Below, in pieces: positions 9,201 to 16,438 of a stretch of DNA of 64,000 nt. The notes beneath the pieces are model-generated. The model worked only from the letters and a program-made list of their open reading frames with translations. It was not told the DNA's origin and did not search any database. This stretch comes from Candidatus Omnitrophota bacterium (GTDB lineage: Bacteria > Omnitrophota > Gorgyraeia > Zapsychrales > Fredricksoniimonadaceae). The number at the start of each line of letters is the position of its first letter. Position 1 is the stretch's first letter. A program made the position numbers and the translations under genes. Where the stretch lies: assembly GCA_037131245.1 (NCBI GenBank), contig JBAXRK010000003.1, forward strand, positions 3,333-67,332. Reading direction: 5' to 3'.

Positions 9201-11038
9201 TCCTTGTAGAGAGTCAGCCTATGCGGGTTTTTCTTTCTTATTCGGATGCTGTTGCCAGGCAAATGCAGGTTCTGTCAGAGGATCTTGGCCCGCAGAAGAA
9301 ACTTATTGAAGAAAAGGTTGCCCGCCTATTGTGGCAGATCGCCCTTCTGTCTTCTGGGCGGGAAGCCTCGTCTTTTTCGGTTGGTAGTCATGCCCGTATG
9401 GAACTTTTGCTCATGTTCCGGGTTTTCGTGTCATCACTGAAAGCACCGATGGCATCAGGTGACCGCCAGGGCCTTTATGAGGCCCTGCATTCTATGTTGC
9501 TGGCGGCACAGGAGGTTTTACTGATCGTTAGCGATCGGGGGGCTGCTGGATCCCAACAGTTAGAGCGGGCGGTGGCCTCGCTTCATGAAAAGAACAGGGA
9601 AGTGATCAGGCATTACACGCTCGGCAGTCAGGAGCATGGGCGTGTTAATCAGGGTGGTGGGGTACATCAGGAGGCCAGATTGTTGTATCAGCGGGCTGTT
9701 GAAGCGGCTACGGAGAATGCCCGCTCTTCCGAAGAAGGTGGCCTATCCGCGGTGATGGCGGCCGACCTGCTTTTGTCGGAGGTTCATGTTGGGGTTGCGG
9801 GGGCCCTGCTGCTTAGCGCGCTGTTAAAGGCGGAGGCGGAGCGGATATCCGAGAAGGGTTCCTATTTGAAGGATGTGCTTGAGAGGATGAGCGTGCAGGT
9901 CCTGCCATTGGCTGCCCGAAAGGTGTTGATGGAAGCGGCGGAGACGCAAGATATTGCGGAGTTGATCGATGTGCTTAATGAGGACCTGGAGGTATCCAGT
10001 CAGCTTTCTCCAGAGGAAAAAAAGTCACTGCAGGGGTTGCTTTATGTGTTCTTTTGGAACATGGCTAAACAGCTTGGTGATATAAAGGCTCTGCCTCCTA
10101 ACGAGAGGGTCCTATTGGTCAGCCGTCTTTTTATGGGCCTTTCGATCGTGGTGACGGGGTTGAATTATTTGGGGATGGTCAAAGAGCGTCAGGAATGCCT
10201 GGCGGCCATGCGCGGCGTTTTGGTGGCTGCGGAAGGTGTGATGCAGGGGGTTGGTCATGCGACTTTATCTGAAAAGCTCAAGGGGTTTTCGGTTCGGGCA
10301 AGAGAATTGGGGAAGTTCTTTACGAACGACAATTCCCAGGCTGGCGAGGATGATCCGCAGGAGCGCAAGGACCTCTTGCTTGAAGGCGAGCCTTTACTGG
10401 GACGGTTCCGCCAGGATGTTCGTGATGGCATGTTCCGTTGGTATCGCCAGGTGATGGGTGGCGTAGATAAGAAAAGGGAAGAGGGAATGTTCTACCCTGT
10501 GGCGGCCAATATTTTGATGATGATGCCCGGGGATCTACCGGGTACGGGCCATTCCAAGGAGCTTAAATTTGTTATCAGAGATTCGCGGGAGCGTTCCGGG
10601 TTCTCTACTTTAGGTTTGTTGAAAGATTCACTGGGTGGCGTGTTAAATATCCGTAAAGAAAAGTATACGGTGCGGTGGAATGGCGTTGCTCTGGAATTTT
10701 CCGGTTTTGTTCATACCGGGCGTGATGGTCAGCTTTATAGAGGAGCTATTGGTCCGGTTTATGATCGACGGGTTCGCCGGCCGGCCATAGAGCTTCCTTT
10801 GGAAGGACAATGGCGGTCTCTTAACGGGCGCGCGTATACCTCCAGTCAACCGGTTACAGGTCAGGCACCGGGCGGGGTCGACATGGGCGTGGCCGTGGCT
10901 CCAAAGGTGGAGGGTGACGCGGGGGCCGCGGTTGGGAGCGGCGGGAATGATGTCGAAGTCGTGATGGCCGGGATAGAGCCGGTCCTTCTCAGTATTCGTC
11001 CGGTAGAGGATCTGTCGGTGTTGTTAGGGATGAAATGA
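6254..11038 (+). CDS. P1: giant exported protein = shared N-module + class-I SAM-MTase + CheR-like MTase + long helical region + shared C-module
   Basis: 1594-aa ORF with signal-like KKKRSSLFIAWLLSAVIFIQSTGAAVP. N-module blocks KYFLAGLTVPARDLWVNLSPYEKERIIP, EREVNEGVSFAPLRQVYHS and IPRKYFSGG are shared with P2 and P3. MTase motif I VLDWGTGDG at ~7665-7690. CheR-like block TLFFRSSEYW...AVSFGAASGAEAWTMA...IHALDLV at ~8328-8560. C-terminal GGVDMG...GIEPVLLSIRPVEDL at ~10871-11035. Confidence 0.85.
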   Translation: MMLKKKRSSLFIAWLLSAVIFIQSTGAAVPLAPVSLPPSLPAYQPALLQGIMVDPTDLSKMDFLVDPGQAPGAGAMALVKYFLAGLTVPARDLWVNLSPYEKERIIPDGMGNTEVGRVFLEQDYLLKQMSAGLLDPTKGTGRHFWDEVYRLSADKFGTTDIPMEALSRVWVVPEQPVVYEKKLAAPLSAIEGKRLAGGQVVGFIVKARLKVLTQEDYALSADQRPAGAAARQEQQQLSTQVMREVIIPVLEREVNEGVSFAPLRQVYHSLILSGWLKQRLHAGVLDRYVDKNKTAGISHGEAGLKDKVYARYVAAFRQGEVNTIREDMDALTGELIPRKYFSGGFSFDAAQAPVVIEAMPPTQLPGAFNVFRVKMSVIGAQPALLQEEDLPGGARLLSRVQAPVATEFPQGMQVAALPDGSGRLAVAVLKDRRWGSDHTSLTQLEEAFRFPVWEHIRATAALYQKRGEVLTVLDWGTGDGTALVEMARRAKAEGIANIRFFGFGDIYYPSWREAPSGVTFIWDTAAGLREYIQPGQVGFLFSHLGLTHLPLPAYEAYMPELNKLLGVDGLMLQRNVEGATAGQRRKILETLGFVVSNPDGDPARIVASRPGIDSTPLTVWQKPDGRYSLRRDGQEYVLKSRIRGNDWQAWEYDPQRELLMARVLLPNEPGMGRFHLAFDARNGRLLYELNNRTLFFRSSEYWAASLERYLSFLLVDKLRQGDRHLSAVSFGAASGAEAWTMAAMIEQALRNAHEDPALWDVRIHALDLVPQALQYEFSSREVERAFKAVKYDAGRIFDLSLEAGVARVKEPFRSWLRPQRMDFNDENIVSTLASLKANVFIANHVLEHLDRRAKERLEPFFQAQGGMDPYYPAFMLYTTAQQGELFRVRNGYDASMSTQEQYDGVYRQFAAESAFNQERIADEKLLPSVAAYIAVAGLDPQVAQALHFEALFRKGAIAEKDPFIKEALERSASLILWHAARPVLVESQPMRVFLSYSDAVARQMQVLSEDLGPQKKLIEEKVARLLWQIALLSSGREASSFSVGSHARMELLLMFRVFVSSLKAPMASGDRQGLYEALHSMLLAAQEVLLIVSDRGAAGSQQLERAVASLHEKNREVIRHYTLGSQEHGRVNQGGGVHQEARLLYQRAVEAATENARSSEEGGLSAVMAADLLLSEVHVGVAGALLLSALLKAEAERISEKGSYLKDVLERMSVQVLPLAARKVLMEAAETQDIAELIDVLNEDLEVSSQLSPEEKKSLQGLLYVFFWNMAKQLGDIKALPPNERVLLVSRLFMGLSIVVTGLNYLGMVKERQECLAAMRGVLVAAEGVMQGVGHATLSEKLKGFSVRARELGKFFTNDNSQAGEDDPQERKDLLLEGEPLLGRFRQDVRDGMFRWYRQVMGGVDKKREEGMFYPVAANILMMMPGDLPGTGHSKELKFVIRDSRERSGFSTLGLLKDSLGGVLNIRKEKYTVRWNGVALEFSGFVHTGRDGQLYRGAIGPVYDRRVRRPAIELPLEGQWRSLNGRAYTSSQPVTGQAPGGVDMGVAVAPKVEGDAGAAVGSGGNDVEVVMAGIEPVLLSIRPVEDLSVLLGMK

Positions 11039-11081
11039 TCGCCGGTATTTGAGCTTTGGTTAATACAGGGGAGCCTCAGTT

Positions 11082-14000
11082 ATGTTCAAGCGGATCTGTT
11101 CTTTAATTGTTCTGACGGCCTTTTTGTGGAGTTGTGTCCTTGGGCCGGAATTTGCGCACGCCCAGGCCTTGTTCTTGCCGGAACCGGGCGTCATGTTGCA
11201 GACCAGCGCTGCATTTGTTCCGGTCAGCCTGCAGGGCTTGACCGTGCATCTGGATGATCCCCTTCTTTTTGATTTCATTGTTGATACCGGCAATACCGGC
11301 TTGATCCCTGGTAAGGATGATAATGCCGCGATCAGCGCCGCTTCGCAGGCATTGATCAAGTATTTCCTCGCTTCGCTTACCATCTCTGATAAAGACCAGT
11401 GGGTCAATCTTTCACCCGATGAGAAAGACCGTATTGTGCCGGAAGGCCTGGGTAAGACCGATCTCGGCCGTGATATGCTGGCGCAGGATTATGTCCTCAA
11501 GCAGGTTACCGCGTCGATGATCTATCCCGAGCGGGAATTGGGAAAAGAATTTTGGAGGCGCGTTTATGAGCGGGCGCAGACGGAGCTTGGGACCGCTGCC
11601 GCGGATATTCCGACGGACATGTTCAATAAGGTCTGGATCGTGACCGATAAAGCGGCGGTATATGTCCACAAGGATCCGAAAGCCCCTTCGTTGTTGACCG
11701 CGGTCCTGACGGAAGCGCATTTAAAGGTGATGCTTGATTCCGATTATAAAGCCATGAATAATTCCCGGGGCAATGACGCGGCGGGAGCGGCCGATGAACG
11801 CGCCAAACAGCTGGTCCGTGAGATCATCCTGCCGGAGCTCGAGAAGGAAGTTAATACGGGAGCGAACTTTGCGACCCTGCGACAGATCCACCAAGCGGTG
11901 GTCCTGGCGACCTGGTATAAGCGCAACCTGAAAGACGCGTTGTTGACCCGTGCGTATGCTGACCGGGGGAAGACCGGCGGCGTGGAAGGGTTGTGGGTCA
12001 CTGACCGGAGGGCTGATATTGATCCCGAGCAGATCTGGAACAAATACGTTGAAGCGTATAAGAAGGGCGTATTCAATTTTATCAAGGATGACATTGATCC
12101 CGCGACCGGCGAGATCGTGCCACGTAAATATTTCTCGGGTGGCGACAATCCGATCCCCGTTGTGATCCGGTCATCGGGAAAGTCGGAGGTGCCTCTTTCG
12201 GTCGGGCGCACGGTCAAGGTGACCGCGGCGGCGCGCCTTGACGCGGCGGAAAAGGCCACTACTCCGGACGCGTTCATTAGAGCTGTCGAAAATCCGTATT
12301 GGACTAAAATGCTCGCCCGTGTTGAAAAGATCGCGCGTATGGCCGGCGATTTGAACCCGGCGGTCGTTCGGCAGCTTCTTCAACCGGAAAATGTTTTTAA
12401 GGGATGGGAGTTTGCCACGTTCAATACGCCGTCGGGCGAGGCTTTTCAGGGCCAGTTCTTTCACGCCCGGGTGATCAGCAATACCACGCTCGGACCCGCT
12501 AAGGGCGGCATCCGCTGGGTGCTGGCCAGCGACTTGATGGCCGATCCGGAGTTTGTGGAGCAATGGAAGGCTTTCAATGCGCTTGGCCCGGTTGAGGGTG
12601 AGGCCAGGGATTTTATTGCCAAATGGATCGAAGGGGAAGCCAAGGCGTTGGCGCTGGGAATGACACTGAAGACGGCCGGCAGCCGGCTCAAACTGGGTGG
12701 CGGCAAGGGCGCGGCTTTTATCGGGAGGATCGTGAGAACACCAAGGGCTGACGGCACTTTATCCTGGTCGCTTCAGGATTATTATGCTGACGCGGGTGTT
12801 GCCACGGACTGGGCCAAGTTCCCGGCTGTAAGTAAAGCGCGTATCGCCCGGGCCCATGCCCGTGCGATGGCTCGGTCTAACAAGATCGGGCCGAACAAGG
12901 ATATCCCCGCGCCGGATATGCGGACAAATGCGGAGATCCTGCAATGGTACGCGGATGAATATCTGCGTTATCTGGTCGTTGAGACCGACATCATCAAGAA
13001 ATATAATCTTGAATTGTACTCGGCGCTCCTGGAGCTGACCTTGGTACAGTCGGACCCGGTGAAAACCCCGTATTTGGAGAAAGCTTATGAATTCTGGAAG
13101 ACAACGCATATCCCGGTGCCATGGCTGGGCGTGTTTACGGGCAAGGATCCCAAAGTATACGGCGTCGCCGGGCGCGGGGAAGCGACGGGCTTTGGTGTTG
13201 TTGATATCGTAAAATTTTTTATACCTGACCTGTCCGGAAAAACAGCATCGGTTAACGGGATGGGTAATGTAGGCAGTTATACCTGCCTCGGGCTGGTGAA
13301 GAACGGCGCCAGGCTCAAGGTCATTAATGACGCGGGGATCACGTTGACGAAGCAGGGTGATGCTGTTTGGACCGAGGCGGAAATTCAGCTGATCATTGAC
13401 CAGCATCTGCCTTTACGGGACATATGGGAAAAGGGTTTATTAAGCCGGGACGGGGTCACGGCAGTCTTGGATGATCCTAAAGCGGTGGCGAGCGCTGTTT
13501 TCGGGGCGGATGTTGATATTCTTATCCCGGCGGCCAAAGAGAATGTCATTACTGAAGAGGTGGCCAAGATCATCCGGGCCGGCTGGGTGTTCGAAGGCGC
13601 TAATGGGCCGACGACAGCACCGGCCGATATTCTTCTTGTTTCAAAAGGGATCAAGGTTGTGCCCGATACCCTGGCCAATGCCGGAGGTGTCATCGTATCC
13701 TCCTATGAGACCGATCAGACCAACGGCGATCATTTATTGACGGTGGAGGAGACCGGCGCCTGGCGGACCCGTTCGTTGGAAGAGGCGGCCCGGGCGGTGC
13801 AGGCCGAATTGCGATCCGATCCTAAAATGACCATGCGCCAGGCTTTTGACCTCGCCGCGATCCGGCATATCGTTAAGACGAAATATGCGCAGCTGATCGC
13901 CCTTTATCGCGGCGACCTGGAATTAATGGGCTGGGGGATCGATCCGGCTTCTCCACAGCCGGAGGCAGAGCTGAGAAAGGATATTATAGCCTTGGGGCTC

Positions 14001-14201
14001 GAACAGGAATTGCAGCAGGCGGGGAAGTCTGTCGGCGGTATCGACCTGGCGTCTGGGAACGCGCTTGTTGTGTCGGGTGATGCTGGAACCATGAATATCA
14101 GCCCGGTGGCATGGGAACAGCTCAAGAATGGTGATTTTATCGGGATCACGCCTGTTATTCTACAGCTGACCCCGCTTGCCGGAATATTGGGGACAGAGTG
14201 A
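11082..14201 (+). CDS. P2: exported protein = shared N-module + complete Glu/Leu/Phe/Val dehydrogenase-family domain + shared C-module
   Basis: GGGGAG Shine-Dalgarno 8 nt upstream. Signal-like MFKRICSLIVLTAFLWSCVLGPEFAHAQA. N-module KYFLASLTISDKDQWVNLSPDEKDRIVP. GDH-family motifs: LGPAKGGIRW (~12492), LKLGGGKGAAF (~12691), IGPNKDIPAPDMRTN, GRGEATGFGV, NGMGNVGSY (~13254), EGANGPTT, DTLANAGGVIVSSYE. C-terminal VGGIDLASG...GITPVILQLTPL at 14031-14198. Confidence 0.9.
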   Translation: MFKRICSLIVLTAFLWSCVLGPEFAHAQALFLPEPGVMLQTSAAFVPVSLQGLTVHLDDPLLFDFIVDTGNTGLIPGKDDNAAISAASQALIKYFLASLTISDKDQWVNLSPDEKDRIVPEGLGKTDLGRDMLAQDYVLKQVTASMIYPERELGKEFWRRVYERAQTELGTAAADIPTDMFNKVWIVTDKAAVYVHKDPKAPSLLTAVLTEAHLKVMLDSDYKAMNNSRGNDAAGAADERAKQLVREIILPELEKEVNTGANFATLRQIHQAVVLATWYKRNLKDALLTRAYADRGKTGGVEGLWVTDRRADIDPEQIWNKYVEAYKKGVFNFIKDDIDPATGEIVPRKYFSGGDNPIPVVIRSSGKSEVPLSVGRTVKVTAAARLDAAEKATTPDAFIRAVENPYWTKMLARVEKIARMAGDLNPAVVRQLLQPENVFKGWEFATFNTPSGEAFQGQFFHARVISNTTLGPAKGGIRWVLASDLMADPEFVEQWKAFNALGPVEGEARDFIAKWIEGEAKALALGMTLKTAGSRLKLGGGKGAAFIGRIVRTPRADGTLSWSLQDYYADAGVATDWAKFPAVSKARIARAHARAMARSNKIGPNKDIPAPDMRTNAEILQWYADEYLRYLVVETDIIKKYNLELYSALLELTLVQSDPVKTPYLEKAYEFWKTTHIPVPWLGVFTGKDPKVYGVAGRGEATGFGVVDIVKFFIPDLSGKTASVNGMGNVGSYTCLGLVKNGARLKVINDAGITLTKQGDAVWTEAEIQLIIDQHLPLRDIWEKGLLSRDGVTAVLDDPKAVASAVFGADVDILIPAAKENVITEEVAKIIRAGWVFEGANGPTTAPADILLVSKGIKVVPDTLANAGGVIVSSYETDQTNGDHLLTVEETGAWRTRSLEEAARAVQAELRSDPKMTMRQAFDLAAIRHIVKTKYAQLIALYRGDLELMGWGIDPASPQPEAELRKDIIALGLEQELQQAGKSVGGIDLASGNALVVSGDAGTMNISPVAWEQLKNGDFIGITPVILQLTPLAGILGTE

Positions 14202-14222
14202 GCTGACCCGGATTTTAATATT

Positions 14223-14249
14223 GGGGACAGAGCCCTATTTGTCCCCTTT
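14223..14249 (+). terminator. possible weak terminator hairpin after P2
   Basis: GGGGAC (14223-14228) pairs with GTCCCC (14241-14246), extendable by A:T, G:U and A:T pairs, followed by only TTT. Weak T-tract, so low confidence. Confidence 0.3.
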
Positions 14250-14320
14250 ACTAAAGCTCCATTCTTCTGTAATATTACTTTGCAAATTATCGACAAAGTC
14301 TTGGGGAGAGAGTGGCGTTT

Positions 14321-15511
14321 ATGGCGCAAAAAGTCAAAAACAACGTGTACTGGATGGGCAAGGTCGACTGGCAGCTCCGTCGTTTTCACGGCGACGAGTA
14401 TTCGACCAATCATGGCTCAACCTATAATTCCTACTTGATCAAAGAGGAAAAAACGGTCCTCATCGACACTGTTTGGGAGCCTTATTCAGAGGAGTTCATG
14501 CGTGAACTCCCCAAGGAGATCGAACTTAAGAGCATTGACGCGGTTATTTGCAATCACGCCGAGGTCGACCATAGCGGCGCGATGAGGGACCTGATGAGCC
14601 GTATTCCCGACGTGCCGGTTTACTGCACGCCTAACGGCATCAAGTCCTTAAAAGGCCATTATCATAAAGACTGGAATTTCAAGCCGGTACGCACCGGCGA
14701 TACGCTCGATCTCGGCAACGGCAAGAAGCTTATTTTCATTGAAGCCGCGATGCTGCACTGGCCGGACACCATGTTCTCTTTTCTCACCGGCGATAATATT
14801 CTTTTCTCTAATGACGCGTTCGGCCAGCATTTCGCGACCGACCGCATTTTTGCCGATCTCACCGACCAGGCGACGCTTTGGGAGGAAGAGATCAAGTATT
14901 ACGCCAATATTATCGCGCCCTGGAGCAAGCTGGTGGACGCCAAGCTTAAAGAGATCCGCAAGATGGGGCTCCCCATTGAAATGATCTGTACCAGCCATGG
15001 CGCTTGCTGGCGTAAGAATATCAGCGAGATCTTTGACAAGTACGAATCCTGGGCCAACGGGTATAAAGAGAACCGCATCACGATCATTTATGATTCGATG
15101 TGGGGCGGCACGCGCGCCATGGCGGAGGCGATGGCCAAGGGTATCCGGATGGCGGACGACAAGGTTGAGATCGGCGTCCATTCCCTGTCGAAGTCGGACA
15201 AGAATGACGTGATGACCGAGATCTTCCGTTCTAAAGCGGTGCTGGTGGGGTCGCCCTCGCACAACAAGGGCATGCTTTCGACAGTTGCCGGCACATTGGA
15301 AGAAATGCGCGGCCTGGCTTTCAAGGGAAAGAAAGCCGCAGCGTTCGGCTGTTACGGCTGGTCGGGTGAAGCCCAGACGCGGATGGGCCAGATCCTCAAG
15401 GAGATCGGGTTCGAAGTTGTTGATGACGGGATCAAGAATGTCTGGGAGCCGGACGGGTCAATGCTTGATGCTTGCATCGAATACGGCAAAGCGTTCGCTA
15501 AAAAGGTTTAA
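14321..15511 (+). CDS. fprA: FprA-type A flavoprotein (flavodiiron O2/NO reductase: MBL-like + flavodoxin-like domains)
   Basis: NNVYWMGKVDW, NSYLI, metal motif CNHAEVDHSGA. Flavodoxin-like C-terminal half ITIIYDSMWGGT...VLVGSPSHNKGM...AAAFGCYGWSGEA. ATG at 14321 is preferred over GTG at 14312 (GGGGAGAG SD at 14303-14310). Confidence 0.85.
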   Translation: MAQKVKNNVYWMGKVDWQLRRFHGDEYSTNHGSTYNSYLIKEEKTVLIDTVWEPYSEEFMRELPKEIELKSIDAVICNHAEVDHSGAMRDLMSRIPDVPVYCTPNGIKSLKGHYHKDWNFKPVRTGDTLDLGNGKKLIFIEAAMLHWPDTMFSFLTGDNILFSNDAFGQHFATDRIFADLTDQATLWEEEIKYYANIIAPWSKLVDAKLKEIRKMGLPIEMICTSHGACWRKNISEIFDKYESWANGYKENRITIIYDSMWGGTRAMAEAMAKGIRMADDKVEIGVHSLSKSDKNDVMTEIFRSKAVLVGSPSHNKGMLSTVAGTLEEMRGLAFKGKKAAAFGCYGWSGEAQTRMGQILKEIGFEVVDDGIKNVWEPDGSMLDACIEYGKAFAKKV

Positions 15512-15523
15512 CAGGAGTTTCAG

Positions 15524-16438
15524 GTGGGCCTTTTTAAGAAAAGATCTTCAGGTGAAATGAGCGCGGAAAAAGAAAAGAAGGCCGCGGCGAAAAGTTCAGT
15601 ATACGCCGCGCTGGGCCTGGTATCGATGAAGGCCGTGGTCGGTTTTTCAACCGGCAGTTTGGGCATCCTGGCGGAAGCGGCGCATTCGGCGCTCGACCTG
15701 GTGGCGGCGGCGGTCACTTTTTTCGCGGTGCGGGAATCGTCCAAGCCGGCGGACCGCGAACACCGTTACGGGCATGGCAAGGTTGAGAACCTGTCGGCTC
15801 TTTTTGAAACGCTGCTGCTTCTGGGCACCTGTGTCTGGATCGTTTACGAATCGATCCACCGGCTGGCTTCAGGTAAGGTCGATGTGCAGGTGACGTTCTG
15901 GTCATTCGCGGTGATGGGGATCTCGATCGTGGTGGATATTTCCCGGTCGCGGATGCTTTATCGCGTGGCTAAAAAGCACAACAGCCAGGCGCTGGAAGCG
16001 GACGCTTTGCATTTTTCTACCGACATCTGGAGTTCGGCGGTCGTCATCGGCGGTTTGGTGTGCGTGGCCTTAAGCGATATTATCCCGAATTCCAGTTTTC
16101 TGCATTATGCCGACGCGATCGCGGCCCTTTTGGTGGCGGTGATCGTGGTCCATGTCTGCGTGCAGCTCGGCCAGCGGACCCTGGCGGCGCTTCTTGATGC
16201 CGCTCCGTCCGGCCTTTACGACAAGGTCATCACGGCCGCGCTGAAAGTCCCGGGCGTCATCAACTGCCATCGCGTGCGGATCCGCTCGTCAGGGGCGCAC
16301 ATCTTTATTGACATGCACGCGCTGATGGACAGTTCCCTTTCTTTTAAAGAAGCCCATGCCCTGACAGTGTCGGTCGAGAAAGCCATCCGTGAGATCGAGC
16401 CCGAGGCTGATGTCACGGTACATCCAGAGCCAAAGTGA
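15524..16438 (+). CDS. cation diffusion facilitator (CDF) family metal efflux transporter
   Basis: Six hydrophobic helices. EAAHSALDLVAA and ADALHFSTDIWSS (H..D / H..D metal site on TM2/TM5). HRYGHGKVENLSALFE. Cytoplasmic C-terminal domain ending VHPEP. Confidence 0.85.
   Translation: MGLFKKRSSGEMSAEKEKKAAAKSSVYAALGLVSMKAVVGFSTGSLGILAEAAHSALDLVAAAVTFFAVRESSKPADREHRYGHGKVENLSALFETLLLLGTCVWIVYESIHRLASGKVDVQVTFWSFAVMGISIVVDISRSRMLYRVAKKHNSQALEADALHFSTDIWSSAVVIGGLVCVALSDIIPNSSFLHYADAIAALLVAVIVVHVCVQLGQRTLAALLDAAPSGLYDKVITAALKVPGVINCHRVRIRSSGAHIFIDMHALMDSSLSFKEAHALTVSVEKAIREIEPEADVTVHPEPK

Noticed and set aside
11082-14201. Annotating P2 simply as glutamate dehydrogenase (gdhA)
   Set aside because: The GDH-family domain covers under half of the ORF. 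The signal-like N-terminus, the 320-aa shared module and the C-terminal module argue against a standard cytoplasmic GdhA. Substrate specificity cannot be read by eye.
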